Source: Nitrososphaerota archaeon (lineage in GTDB: Archaea > Thermoproteota > Nitrososphaeria_A > Caldarchaeales > Wolframiiraptoraceae). Taken from it: a DNA stretch of 57,960 bases. Under the pieces are notes generated by a model. That model saw nothing but the letters and a program-made list of their open reading frames with translations, ran no database searches and was not told where the DNA came from. Below are positions 44,182-52,795 of this stretch, piece by piece. Position numbers and translations under genes: made by a program. The stretch spans positions 1 to 57,960 of the forward strand of contig JAGGTD010000013.1 in the NCBI GenBank assembly GCA_021163925.1, in the 5' to 3' direction. Numbering within the stretch: the stretch's first letter is position 1; the number at the start of each line of letters is the position of its first letter.

Positions 44182-45200
44182 AGTTTCTCGATCGCGGATC
44201 TTAGATCCTCGGCGGCCTTCTCAGGATAAACGGTGTTCACGTGAATCCCGATTCCAATATCAACGACCATTGGCATGAGGATCCTCGGTATGAGCTCGAA
44301 GTGCCAGTGGAAATCACCTACATCTTTCGCCGCCGCGTGGAGGATTAGGTTGAATGATGGGTTGTCTAAGACCATGTTTAATGCCTTGTAGATCGTTGAG
44401 AGCATGCTTGAAAGCTCCATCAACCTCTGATCATCCAGGTCTATGAATCTCCTTAGATGATCTTTGGGCGCTATGAGGATCTCATATGGCTCCCTACTCG
44501 CCCACGGACAGATGGCCATGAAGTTCTCGGTTGAGATTATTCCCCTAGGCCCTGAGACCTCTCCAACCCAATCGCACAAGAGGCATTCATCCCTCCTAAG
44601 CCTCTTAGCCTCTACCTCAATTATCTCGGGAATTATTGGGGTGGCGAAGACGTGAGTGTGTGGATGTCTAAGAGATCCTCCAGAGTTTGGGCCATGATTC
44701 TTCCCAAACCCGGCGAACTTCACATACTGATAGCTTTCAAGCTCCCTCAACCTCTCTCTAACCGTTAGTAGGGAGAGATATATCTGATCCACAGTCATCT
44801 TCCATGGATCGGCATCGTGTTGAGGTGTGTCTATCATGACCTCATGATGTCCGCTAACCTCCTTAACCTCTTCATCGATCCTCATGGTGTCGTTCGCCGT
44901 AAAGGCTGGATAGAGGTTTGGGATTATCTTCACGATCCAGTCCTTAACCCTCTCATCACCCTCCTCCCTCGAGAATCTAAGCCCGGAGCCAGATCTGGTT
45001 AAGACCATGGTCGCGGGCATCAGCATATGCTCCTTTCCTGGGCAGAATGGGCATCTACTCGGATCATCCACTAGGGTTGGAGCTCTCTCACCCATCTCGA
45101 CAGGTCTCTTAGCCCTCTCAGGAGCGTAGGAGACCCATCTACCCGTCAACGGATCTCTCCTAAGCTCAGGCATACAGATATGTTGATCGAGCTTTTTCAA
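44178..45200 (-). CDS. GalT-branch HIT-superfamily nucleotidyltransferase/phosphorylase
   Basis: 340 aa. It has the zinc motif CPFCPGKEH and the histidine motif RHPHTHV, with the duplicated half-barrel layout of the galactose-1-phosphate uridylyltransferase family. The stop overlaps the methyltransferase start by 4 nt. Confidence 0.75.
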   Translation of the reverse strand: MKKLDQHICMPELRRDPLTGRWVSYAPERAKRPVEMGERAPTLVDDPSRCPFCPGKEHMLMPATMVLTRSGSGLRFSREEGDERVKDWIVKIIPNLYPAFTANDTMRIDEEVKEVSGHHEVMIDTPQHDADPWKMTVDQIYLSLLTVRERLRELESYQYVKFAGFGKNHGPNSGGSLRHPHTHVFATPIIPEIIEVEAKRLRRDECLLCDWVGEVSGPRGIISTENFMAICPWASREPYEILIAPKDHLRRFIDLDDQRLMELSSMLSTIYKALNMVLDNPSFNLILHAAAKDVGDFHWHFELIPRILMPMVVDIGIGIHVNTVYPEKAAEDLRSAIEKL

Positions 45201-45253
45201 AAATCTGAGCCCAGCCTTGGGAAAAGCTTAATTCCAGCCTTGAATACTCGCGT

Positions 45254-45916
45254 TTGAATCATCAGATCGATGCTTGGAGTGAGGAATGGGAAATCACCTT
45301 GAAACGAGGATCTTGGGTCATAATGGTTTTGGGCGTGGCCGGAGTCGGCAAGACAACTTTCGGCCAACTCCTAGCGGAGAGGCTTGAGGTGAGGTTCATA
45401 GACTTGCCAGCCTATGTCAAGCTCCATAAACTCTATAACGGATATGATGAGCGCGCTCAAGCATATATCGTCGACTTCAGGAAGATTTCGGCGAGGCTTG
45501 GCCGAGAGCTTAGAGGCGGGAAGGCGGTTGTGGCCTCGATCCACCCATTCAAGCCCAGAGGAGTCTATGTTAAATCGGCCATCGTTTTGAGGTTGAGGCC
45601 GGATAAATTGATCAAGGTCTTGGAGGCTAGAGGGTATCCGAGGTGGAAGATAGCTGAGAATGTGTCGGCGGAGCTCATAGATGAGCCGTTCGCCGAGGCA
45701 GTCAAGAAATTCGGTGAGGGGAAGGTGATTCAGCTAGATGTAACCGATGTAGATTTCAAGGCTCTCGCCGAGAGAGTTGCGGAGGCGTTTAAGGCTGGAG
45801 CTGAACGAGAACTCAGTCAGACAATAGATTGGATCAAGGTCTTGGAGTCTCTTGGACTGCTCGATTGGGTGCTTGAGTATTTATCGAGACATGGCGGTGG
45901 AGAAAATCTATTTTAG
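45254..45916 (+). CDS. Fap7/AK6-like P-loop NTPase (putative adenylate kinase)
   Basis: It has the P-loop GVAGVGKTTFG and an AK6-like short LID region. The start is uncertain: TTG 45254 or ATG 45323 (MVLGVAG...). Confidence 0.55.
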   Translation: MNHQIDAWSEEWEITLKRGSWVIMVLGVAGVGKTTFGQLLAERLEVRFIDLPAYVKLHKLYNGYDERAQAYIVDFRKISARLGRELRGGKAVVASIHPFKPRGVYVKSAIVLRLRPDKLIKVLEARGYPRWKIAENVSAELIDEPFAEAVKKFGEGKVIQLDVTDVDFKALAERVAEAFKAGAERELSQTIDWIKVLESLGLLDWVLEYLSRHGGGENLF

Positions 45917-46012
45917 CTGGACTCTCTAAGCTCATGTCGAGAAAGTTGTCCAAGGAATGCTCAACACGCGCTAACTGGTTTTGACTAATATCCGAGCTAG
46001 GGGTGACTCTAT

Positions 46013-47278
46013 ATGGAGGCTAAACTCGATAGAAAGGACTCTGTAACCCTTTATAGGTTTAAGAAGCTGATAAAGGAGCTTGAGTCGAAGGTAGGCAGAG
46101 GGACGGAGCTAATCTCGATCTACATCCCCCCAAGGAAGCCGATAAGCGAGGTGATAGGCTATTTAAGACAGGAATATGCGACCGCCGCCAACATAAAGTC
46201 GAAGACTACTAGGAAGAATGTCCGAGACGCGATCGAGAGCGCCATCCAAAGACTTAAGCTATTCGATAGGGCTGGGCCAACCGGGCTGATAATCTTCAGC
46301 GGAGCGATCCCGCAGAATGGAGGCCCTGGAAGCGAGAAGATCGAGGTCTACCATATAATTCCACCCGAGCCCATAAACATCCTCCTCTATCGATGCGACA
46401 GCAGATTCTACCTCGAACCCCTAAAGGATCTCCTGAGAGAGAAAGATGTCTATGGGATATTGGTGATAGATAATGAGAAGGCGGCGGTGGCCGTGGTCAA
46501 GGGTAGGCGGATCGCGGAGCTCAAGACCTTCACCTCAGGAGTTCCTGGAAAGCATAGGGCTGGAGGCCAATCGGCGAGGAGGTTTGAGAGGCTTAGGGAG
46601 ATGAATCTAAACGAGTATTATAAGAGGGTGGCGGAGCACGCGAATCAGATCTTCCTGAAGTATCCTGAGATTAAGGGGGTGATCGTCGCGGGGCCGGGGC
46701 CGACGAAGGAGATATTCGTCGATAAGGGCTACCTCCACTACACCCTCAGGGATAAGATCCACTTGGTCGACACATCTTATTCGGGTGAGGAGGGGGTTAG
46801 GGAGGCGATTAAGAGATCTGGAGACCTATTGAGAGATCTTAGGATGGTTAAGGAGCAGAATCTGGTCAGGAGATTTTTGAGCGAGATCTCGAAGGACAGT
46901 AGCCTAGCGGTCTATGGGGAGAGGGAGATCGTGAGGGCCATGAGGAGCGGGTTGCTCGACACCCTCCTGTTGGTCGAAGACCTCGATAAGGTTTTGGTCA
47001 AGCTTAGATGCGGAAACTGTGGAGCGGAATACACGCATATCTTTAGCGAGAAGGAGAAGATAACCCAGCTTCCACAAATACTCTCACGGCCATGCGATAA
47101 GTGTGGCTCGAAGTCTCTGGAGGTGGTTGAGGAGAAGTCCTTGGTCGACCACTATATCGAGGAAGCCGAGAGACATGGCGTCAAGGTCGAACTCATCTCA
47201 TCACAGCATGAGGAGGGGGACATGCTTAAGCGGGCTTTCGGCGGAGTCGCGGGATTCTTGAAGGGATATAGGAGATGA
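46013..47278 (+). CDS. prf1: Peptide chain release factor aRF1
   Basis: 421 aa. The NIKS motif (TAANIKSK) and GGQ motif (HRAGGQSARRF) are present. The C-domain carries a CGNCG...CDKCG zinc-ribbon insertion. Confidence 0.9.
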   Translation: MEAKLDRKDSVTLYRFKKLIKELESKVGRGTELISIYIPPRKPISEVIGYLRQEYATAANIKSKTTRKNVRDAIESAIQRLKLFDRAGPTGLIIFSGAIPQNGGPGSEKIEVYHIIPPEPINILLYRCDSRFYLEPLKDLLREKDVYGILVIDNEKAAVAVVKGRRIAELKTFTSGVPGKHRAGGQSARRFERLREMNLNEYYKRVAEHANQIFLKYPEIKGVIVAGPGPTKEIFVDKGYLHYTLRDKIHLVDTSYSGEEGVREAIKRSGDLLRDLRMVKEQNLVRRFLSEISKDSSLAVYGEREIVRAMRSGLLDTLLLVEDLDKVLVKLRCGNCGAEYTHIFSEKEKITQLPQILSRPCDKCGSKSLEVVEEKSLVDHYIEEAERHGVKVELISSQHEEGDMLKRAFGGVAGFLKGYRR

Positions 47279-48171
47279 GCGTGGAGAAGATATTAGATAG
47301 GGTCTACCTGGTAGACACCCATGGCCTAGGATTCGAGAGATGTATCGGAGCATATCTGATCAAGGATGAGAAGACCGCCTTAATCGACGTGGGCTACGCA
47401 TCCTCAATAAACAATCTACTGGCCGGGATAAAGGTTGCAGGAGTGGATCCATCGAGCATAGACTACATAATCTTAACCCATATCCACCTCGATCACGCGG
47501 GAGCCGTCGGCAAGCTCGTTAGGATCTCGAAGAAGGCTCTGGTTAAGGCTCATCCAAGGGCGATTAAACATCTCATAGATCCATCGAGATTGATCTCATC
47601 GGTTAGAGAAGTTTATGGGGCTAAGGCGGATAGGTTTGGAGAGGTCTTACCTGTAGACGGCGACAGGGTTGAGGGAGTCGTGGATGAAGAGGAAGTTGAA
47701 CTAGGCTCACTCACCCTAAGACTCCATCTAACCCCTGGCCACGCCCCGCATCACATCTCAGCCCAGCTAATCGAGGAGAAAGCTCTCTTTTGTGGAGACG
47801 CCCTATCCATGAGGATTCCATCATTCGAGCATGATATTCCACAAACCCCTCCGCCGAGCTATATCCACGAGCAAGCGGTTCAAAGCATTAAGAGGTTTAT
47901 GGAGCTGGATGTGGAGGTCGTCCTAAGACCACACTACGGCTCCATGAGGATCTATCCAGGATTCTTTAACGATCAGATAGCGTTATTGGATTGGTGGAGG
48001 AGCTTAGTCCACGAGACCATCGTTGAGAAGTCTGAGAGATCCTTTGAGAGCGTGTTGAAATCTTATCTTGAGAGGGTTGGAGAGAAGGAGACTCCACCAT
48101 TCATCGAGGAGAATCTCAGGGTCTCGTTCGACGGCATGGTCAAATATCTCGAGAGGGCTGGACTCATCTAA
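47275..48171 (+). CDS. Metallo-beta-lactamase-fold hydrolase
   Basis: 298 aa. THIHLDHAG (HxHxDH) and later His/Asp ligands (TPGHAPHH, CGD) are present. Overlaps the aRF1 stop by 4 nt. Confidence 0.75.
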   Translation: MSVEKILDRVYLVDTHGLGFERCIGAYLIKDEKTALIDVGYASSINNLLAGIKVAGVDPSSIDYIILTHIHLDHAGAVGKLVRISKKALVKAHPRAIKHLIDPSRLISSVREVYGAKADRFGEVLPVDGDRVEGVVDEEEVELGSLTLRLHLTPGHAPHHISAQLIEEKALFCGDALSMRIPSFEHDIPQTPPPSYIHEQAVQSIKRFMELDVEVVLRPHYGSMRIYPGFFNDQIALLDWWRSLVHETIVEKSERSFESVLKSYLERVGEKETPPFIEENLRVSFDGMVKYLERAGLI

Positions 48172-48206
48172 CCGTTCATGAAGTCGCCCTCTCCTCCTCG
48201 ATCAAC

Positions 48207-49190
48207 TTAGAGCGATAATCTCGATCTTTGGAGGAGTATATTTGCTCGAAGCAAGTTCGCTATGTCGTGCTGCATCTCCGCTATGCTCAGGAATATGTCC
48301 CGCAATCTAAGTTGCTGATAGCTTAGGCTCGGGAGGGTCAGGAGCTTTGTCAGCTCCTCAAGGTTCCGCTTTATGGTTAACAGCGCGTCTAATCTTCCAT
48401 TGAGGAAGGCTTCCATCGAGTGATGATGGTTCTCCAAGAGGATCTCGCTGACCTTTTTCATGTTCCTCTGTAGCTTGCCTTGATCTATGTCGATGAACTT
48501 TATCAGCTCGTATGCTTTGTCGGCGATGTTCTCCAAGAAGTATGCCGCCAGCCTATAGTCTAGGAGCTCTAGGCTTGAGAGCTTTAAGGCCGCTCTGAGG
48601 GCAGGGTTTAGGGCGCTCTTTCGGAGAATCCTCACCATGTAGAAGTATAGCCTATCCATGTCTCCCTCCCGCATCTCGAGGAGCTTTGAGCGCTTGAGGT
48701 CATGGTTGAGGAGGGATTCTAGGGCGTCATTCAGCATATCATTAGAGATCCTCCACATCCTCCTCAAGATCTCGCTTGGCTTAAGCCCGAGCGGGTCGAT
48801 CATCATCCTAAGCGTGATGCGGGCTTCCTCTTCCTCGATCATCTCAAGACCCATCAACCTATCCTTGACTGAGAGGAACTCTTTCTCTAAGTCGCTTCTA
48901 AGCTGCTTAGGAATGATCACATCGATCGAGTCGTATCCGAGGAGGTATGCCGCGACGATCTTATTTATCATGGCTCCGATGTCTCCCCTATATTCGAGCC
49001 TGATCTTATGCGATTCCTCGCCGACCGTTGAGGAGATGATTAAGGAGTCTCCAGCGATCCTGACCTCGACTCGGTCGCCGCTCCTCAGCCCCACGCTCTT
49101 AACCCAGACCCTCGGTAGGCTTATGACTAGGGAGCTCCCGCTCCTCATCACGCTCCTAAGAATTCTCCACCGCGCGCCGCTCACGGCCAT
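48207..49190 (-). CDS. AbrB/SpoVT-domain plus PhoU-repeat regulator (copy 1)
   Basis: 327 aa. The N-terminal swapped-hairpin pattern SLVISLPRVWVKSVGLRSGDRVEVRIAGDSLIISS is followed by a helical PhoU-like region. Confidence 0.75.
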   Translation of the reverse strand: MAVSGARWRILRSVMRSGSSLVISLPRVWVKSVGLRSGDRVEVRIAGDSLIISSTVGEESHKIRLEYRGDIGAMINKIVAAYLLGYDSIDVIIPKQLRSDLEKEFLSVKDRLMGLEMIEEEEARITLRMMIDPLGLKPSEILRRMWRISNDMLNDALESLLNHDLKRSKLLEMREGDMDRLYFYMVRILRKSALNPALRAALKLSSLELLDYRLAAYFLENIADKAYELIKFIDIDQGKLQRNMKKVSEILLENHHHSMEAFLNGRLDALLTIKRNLEELTKLLTLPSLSYQQLRLRDIFLSIAEMQHDIANLLRANILLQRSRLSL

Positions 49191-49219
49191 ACGATGATGT
49201 CCTGATTAATATTGATTTT

Positions 49220-49253
49220 CAAGATAGAATCCTTATCTTGATCTCTTATCATG
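49220..49253. promoter_or_regulatory. Operator-like repeat set in the divergent promoter region
   Basis: CAAGATA (49220-49226) and TATCTTG (49234-49240) form a perfect 7-bp inverted repeat. TTATCTTG (49233-49240) is repeated as TTATCATG (49246-49253). Confidence 0.35.
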
Positions 49254-49290
49254 GAATTGACGAGGAACCGCGATGACGCCGTAACGTGAG

Positions 49291-50073
49291 GTGGATATGA
49301 TGGGAAGCCGCGGTGAAGTTAGGCCCACGCTAAAGATCTCTCTCATAACCCTTAACGCAGCCCTTTATGCATCGGTCGGATACCTGACCTATCTCGGCCT
49401 ATTCACCCCGATCTTCGGGACGGTTAGATTTTGGCCAGCGGTTGTGGTTCCAGCCCTCTTCTCGATCCTTTTCTCCCCATGGATAGGTGGGATAGGGGCC
49501 GCGATAGGGATCTTCATAAGCGATATGGTAATCCATGGTAATCCTCTCCTAAGCTTGAGCGTGGGGGTTCCATCAAACTTCCTAGGATTCTATACAATAG
49601 GTGTCTTGGCGAGGCGTTGGCATAAGCCTGGGGCTGGAAAGCTCGTGGCCGCGATAACAATCCAATTGATCCCATTAATTCTCTCATGGCTCCTCTACTA
49701 TCTCGGATTGATCGAGGAATCCGTGGCCCTAATCTTCTTCATAACAGCATTGCTTGTCTTCGGCTTCGGGTCTATAGTCGCCCTAGCTCGAAGAGATTAT
49801 CTAGGAATACTCTATGCATCATCGATTGGATTGATGGTTGGAAGCGCGATCATAGGCTTAGGCTTATGGGGGTTCAGCCAGTTCTTCGTCCTACCGATTG
49901 GAGGGGTTAGGAACGCGCCGCTGATAGCCGCGGTAGTCTGGTTCCTCTGGACCTATTTGACCGAGATCCCATTCCTATACTTCATCCTCCCACCCCTGAT
50001 CTACGCGATAGTCCGCGCGATGCCGCAGCTAGCCACACGAGCTTTAGGAAAGGTGGAAGAGGTTGAACGTTAA
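49291..50073 (+). CDS. Polytopic membrane protein resembling an ECF-type S (substrate-capture) component
   Basis: 260 aa with about 6 TM helices. LNAALYASVGYL...TVRFWPAVVVPALFSILFSPWIGGIGAAIG...SD resembles the conserved N-terminal half of S components. GTG start. Confidence 0.5.
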   Translation: MDMMGSRGEVRPTLKISLITLNAALYASVGYLTYLGLFTPIFGTVRFWPAVVVPALFSILFSPWIGGIGAAIGIFISDMVIHGNPLLSLSVGVPSNFLGFYTIGVLARRWHKPGAGKLVAAITIQLIPLILSWLLYYLGLIEESVALIFFITALLVFGFGSIVALARRDYLGILYASSIGLMVGSAIIGLGLWGFSQFFVLPIGGVRNAPLIAAVVWFLWTYLTEIPFLYFILPPLIYAIVRAMPQLATRALGKVEEVER

Positions 50074-50986
50074 GAGGGGGTTCGCTAAGATCCCGGCGCC
50101 GCTCTCAAGCATATTCTCCCCAAAGATCTTTAGGGATGGGGAGCTTAGAGAGGATCCTGTCGAGATTGGGGCTATTGGAGGGGGATTCGCGCTCGCTAAT
50201 GGTGTGGAGACCGTGGTAGAACTCGACTTGGATGGAGAGGATTCATCATCGGTCTTGGTCAATGGTTCGATCACGCATTTCCCCCCATCGATCGAGGCGG
50301 CTGAATACATGAGAAGAGTATTGAACCTCAAGGGAAGCATTAGGATCAAGCATAGGATGGGGGTTCCGATAGCGACGGGGTTTGGGACTAGCGCCGCCTC
50401 AGCCCTTGGAGTGATTCTCATTCTCTCAAAGCTCTCCGGCAGGGGTATGACCCTCCTCGAAGCCTGTAGAATCACGCATGAAATCGAGCTTAGATGTAAA
50501 ACTGGGTTGAATAGCGAGGCTGGGATACTCTCAGGCGGATTGATTCTAGTGTTGAGGGAGGGGGCTCCGCCGAGGCTCATGATAGACTCGATCCCCCTCC
50601 CATCTGAGGCTGGATTGGTGTCGGTCGTCGCGGGAGTCCTCAAAACAAGCGAGATCTTAGGAGATGTTGAGAGGCTTAGGGAGGTCGAGGAGATAGGGGA
50701 TCGGAGGATGAAGGAGATCTTAAAGAAGCCTACCCCCGAGAACTTCCTCGAGCAGGCCAGAGCCTTCGCATGGGAGGCCGGCTTCGTGACTAGGGAGGTT
50801 GAGGAGATCTTCGAGGTTCTTAGAAGGCTTCCAACCATAGGCTATGCTCAAAACATGCTCGGTAAGGCTGCACACGCCCTAGTCGAGGGAAAGGATCTAG
50901 CTAGAGTCGAGGCACATCTAAGGGAGACCTTTCCAGACTACAGGATCATCTCCTCCAGGATCGGATACGGCGTTAGGATCTCGTAA
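50063..50986 (+). CDS. GHMP-family kinase (archaeal pantoate-kinase-like)
   Basis: 307 aa. GHMP motif II is present (VPIATGFGTSAASALGV). TTG start overlaps the membrane-protein gene by 11 nt. Confidence 0.55.
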   Translation: MNVKRGFAKIPAPLSSIFSPKIFRDGELREDPVEIGAIGGGFALANGVETVVELDLDGEDSSSVLVNGSITHFPPSIEAAEYMRRVLNLKGSIRIKHRMGVPIATGFGTSAASALGVILILSKLSGRGMTLLEACRITHEIELRCKTGLNSEAGILSGGLILVLREGAPPRLMIDSIPLPSEAGLVSVVAGVLKTSEILGDVERLREVEEIGDRRMKEILKKPTPENFLEQARAFAWEAGFVTREVEEIFEVLRRLPTIGYAQNMLGKAAHALVEGKDLARVEAHLRETFPDYRIISSRIGYGVRIS

Positions 50987-52169
50987 AATCCTTTATTAAG
51001 CGGTTAAACTCCTCGATGAACTCCTCCTCCCTTCCAGCTGGGATTAGGGCTGACGCCGCGAAGCTATGGCCGTCTCCAGACCCTCCAACCCTCTCAGCGG
51101 ACTTGACGGTGAGCTCCGACGCGGGTGGAAGCTCTCCAGCCCTGATCTCGTCCGCCACGTGCTTCGGGGTCCTTATCGACGCCTTAACCCACTCTCCCTC
51201 TATCTCTCCAATTCTTGGAAGACTCTTCTCAAATCTCATGAAACCGATCAAGTATCTGTTGGGTGAGCATGTCCTCCGATAGCTTAGCATGGATGTGAAT
51301 GTTCCGATCGTCTTGGATCCCAAGCCCTTGAAGAGGTCTCCTAGATGAAACCATTGAACCATTCCATCGACCTTTAACCCCTTCTTCGCCAAGATCGCGA
51401 AGGCTTGGCTAAACCTCTTCCTCCTAAGCTCCTCGAACTCTCTTGCGCGATCCTCGTCGATAGCCCTCCTCTTCAAGAACTCGACCGCGAGATATGGGCC
51501 GCCCCTATAGTATCCAACGCTGCCCATGGCCGTTAGGGTTGATGATAGCTTGTTCCAAGGCTTCTTCAAGAACTTTATCAGATAGCGCTCCCGACCCCTC
51601 GCCCTCCTAACCTCGACATCACCCGCCTTAACGGCGTCTTCAAGCGGAACCCTATTCAAGCTCCTCAAGTCTCCTGGTATCTCGGCCGATCCCACGACAG
51701 CCATCCAAGCAGCGTCATCGAGCCTCGACAGCTCCCTCATGAATAGGTAGGTCGCCGTCGACCCGCTTACATCGGTCTCGCCGCTGAATCCATAGAGCTC
51801 TGGGTTTAGGTGGATTATTCTCTCGCTCTCAACTCTCCTCGGATCGTGGTGATCAACTATGATCGCCCTCGAATCATGTTCCTCAACATTTTTCGCTATC
51901 AGATCAGCCCTACCAGATCCTATGTCGAGGTAGATGTATAGCTTATAGTTCTTTGAGTGGATGAGCTTAACTATCGCTGGATGAAGTTTCTCAACACAAT
52001 ATAGCTCGTGTCTGATCCCAGCTCTCTCCAAGGCCGTGGACGCTATCGCCGCCGAGCATAACCCATCCGCATCGTCATGAAATATTATCGGAACCTCAAA
52101 ATCTATCGATCTAAGCTCCTCGGCGGCTTCTCTAAGAGCCTCAAGATACTCCTCCATCGACATCGACAC
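50973..52169 (-). CDS. DHH/DHHA1-family phosphoesterase (RecJ/GAN-like or nanoRNase-like)
   Basis: 398 aa. DHH motifs I-IV are present: HDDADG, YLDIGSG, VDHHD, and GDGHSFAAS in the C-terminal domain. Confidence 0.65.
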   Translation of the reverse strand: MSMSMEEYLEALREAAEELRSIDFEVPIIFHDDADGLCSAAIASTALERAGIRHELYCVEKLHPAIVKLIHSKNYKLYIYLDIGSGRADLIAKNVEEHDSRAIIVDHHDPRRVESERIIHLNPELYGFSGETDVSGSTATYLFMRELSRLDDAAWMAVVGSAEIPGDLRSLNRVPLEDAVKAGDVEVRRARGRERYLIKFLKKPWNKLSSTLTAMGSVGYYRGGPYLAVEFLKRRAIDEDRAREFEELRRKRFSQAFAILAKKGLKVDGMVQWFHLGDLFKGLGSKTIGTFTSMLSYRRTCSPNRYLIGFMRFEKSLPRIGEIEGEWVKASIRTPKHVADEIRAGELPPASELTVKSAERVGGSGDGHSFAASALIPAGREEEFIEEFNRLIKDFTRS

Positions 52170-52236
52170 AATAGTCTCACTGGGACGTTATAAGAGGTTC
52201 TACAAGTTTTTAAGAAGTCCATGCAAGTAGCCGAGT

Positions 52237-52782
52237 ATGGATCTGAGGGATGCTGTGGTCGAGGCGGCTAAGCTCATGGCGATAAGCGCTAGAACAGCAC
52301 CAAAGGCCAGAGGAATAGATGATATAGAGATCGTGTTATTGGAGGATCGCGGAGATCTTGAGAGGCTCGCGGATAAGATGGAGGAGATTGGGCGCGAGAC
52401 TGGTCGAGGATTCTTCATAAGAGACGCTGAAAACATTAGAAGATCCTCAGCGGTGCTATTGATAGGCGTTAGAGGGGATAGGGCGAAGGAACTCGACTGC
52501 GGTGGATGCGGATACGATGGATGCGAGGAATTTAAGAAAGCCGAGAAGAGAGTTAGAAAAGATTACTCCGGGCCGAACTGCGCGCTCCAGCTCATAGATC
52601 TAGGGATAGCTGTTGGATCAGCCGTCAAGACAGCATCGATCCTAAACGTGGATAATAGGATAATGTTCTCGGCTGGGGTCGCGGCGATAAAGCTTGGGAT
52701 GATTAAATGTAGCGTCGCCCTAGGCATACCCCTATCGGCGCATGGAAAGAACATCTACTTCGATAGAAGGTGGCCGCGTTAA
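52237..52782 (+). CDS. DUF2148-like Cys-motif protein
   Basis: 181 aa. ISARTAPKARG and CGGCGYDGCEEF match my recollection of the DUF2148 'ferredoxin-domain' family. Confidence 0.55.
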   Translation: MDLRDAVVEAAKLMAISARTAPKARGIDDIEIVLLEDRGDLERLADKMEEIGRETGRGFFIRDAENIRRSSAVLLIGVRGDRAKELDCGGCGYDGCEEFKKAEKRVRKDYSGPNCALQLIDLGIAVGSAVKTASILNVDNRIMFSAGVAAIKLGMIKCSVALGIPLSAHGKNIYFDRRWPR

Positions 52783-52795
52783 GAGCGAGAGGATG

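Noticed and set aside
47020-47120. The zinc-ribbon insertion (CGNCG...CDKCG) in the aRF1 C-terminal domain as a novelty.
   Set aside because: I believe comparable Cys-pair insertions occur at the minidomain position in other archaeal aRF1 proteins, so it is probably lineage-typical rather than new.
50044-50838. A 264-aa minus-strand ORF covering most of the GHMP kinase gene.
   Set aside because: Its composition is Ser/Pro/Leu-rich and low-complexity with no recognisable motif. The plus-strand frame carries the GHMP motif and is translationally coupled to its neighbour, so this is a shadow ORF.
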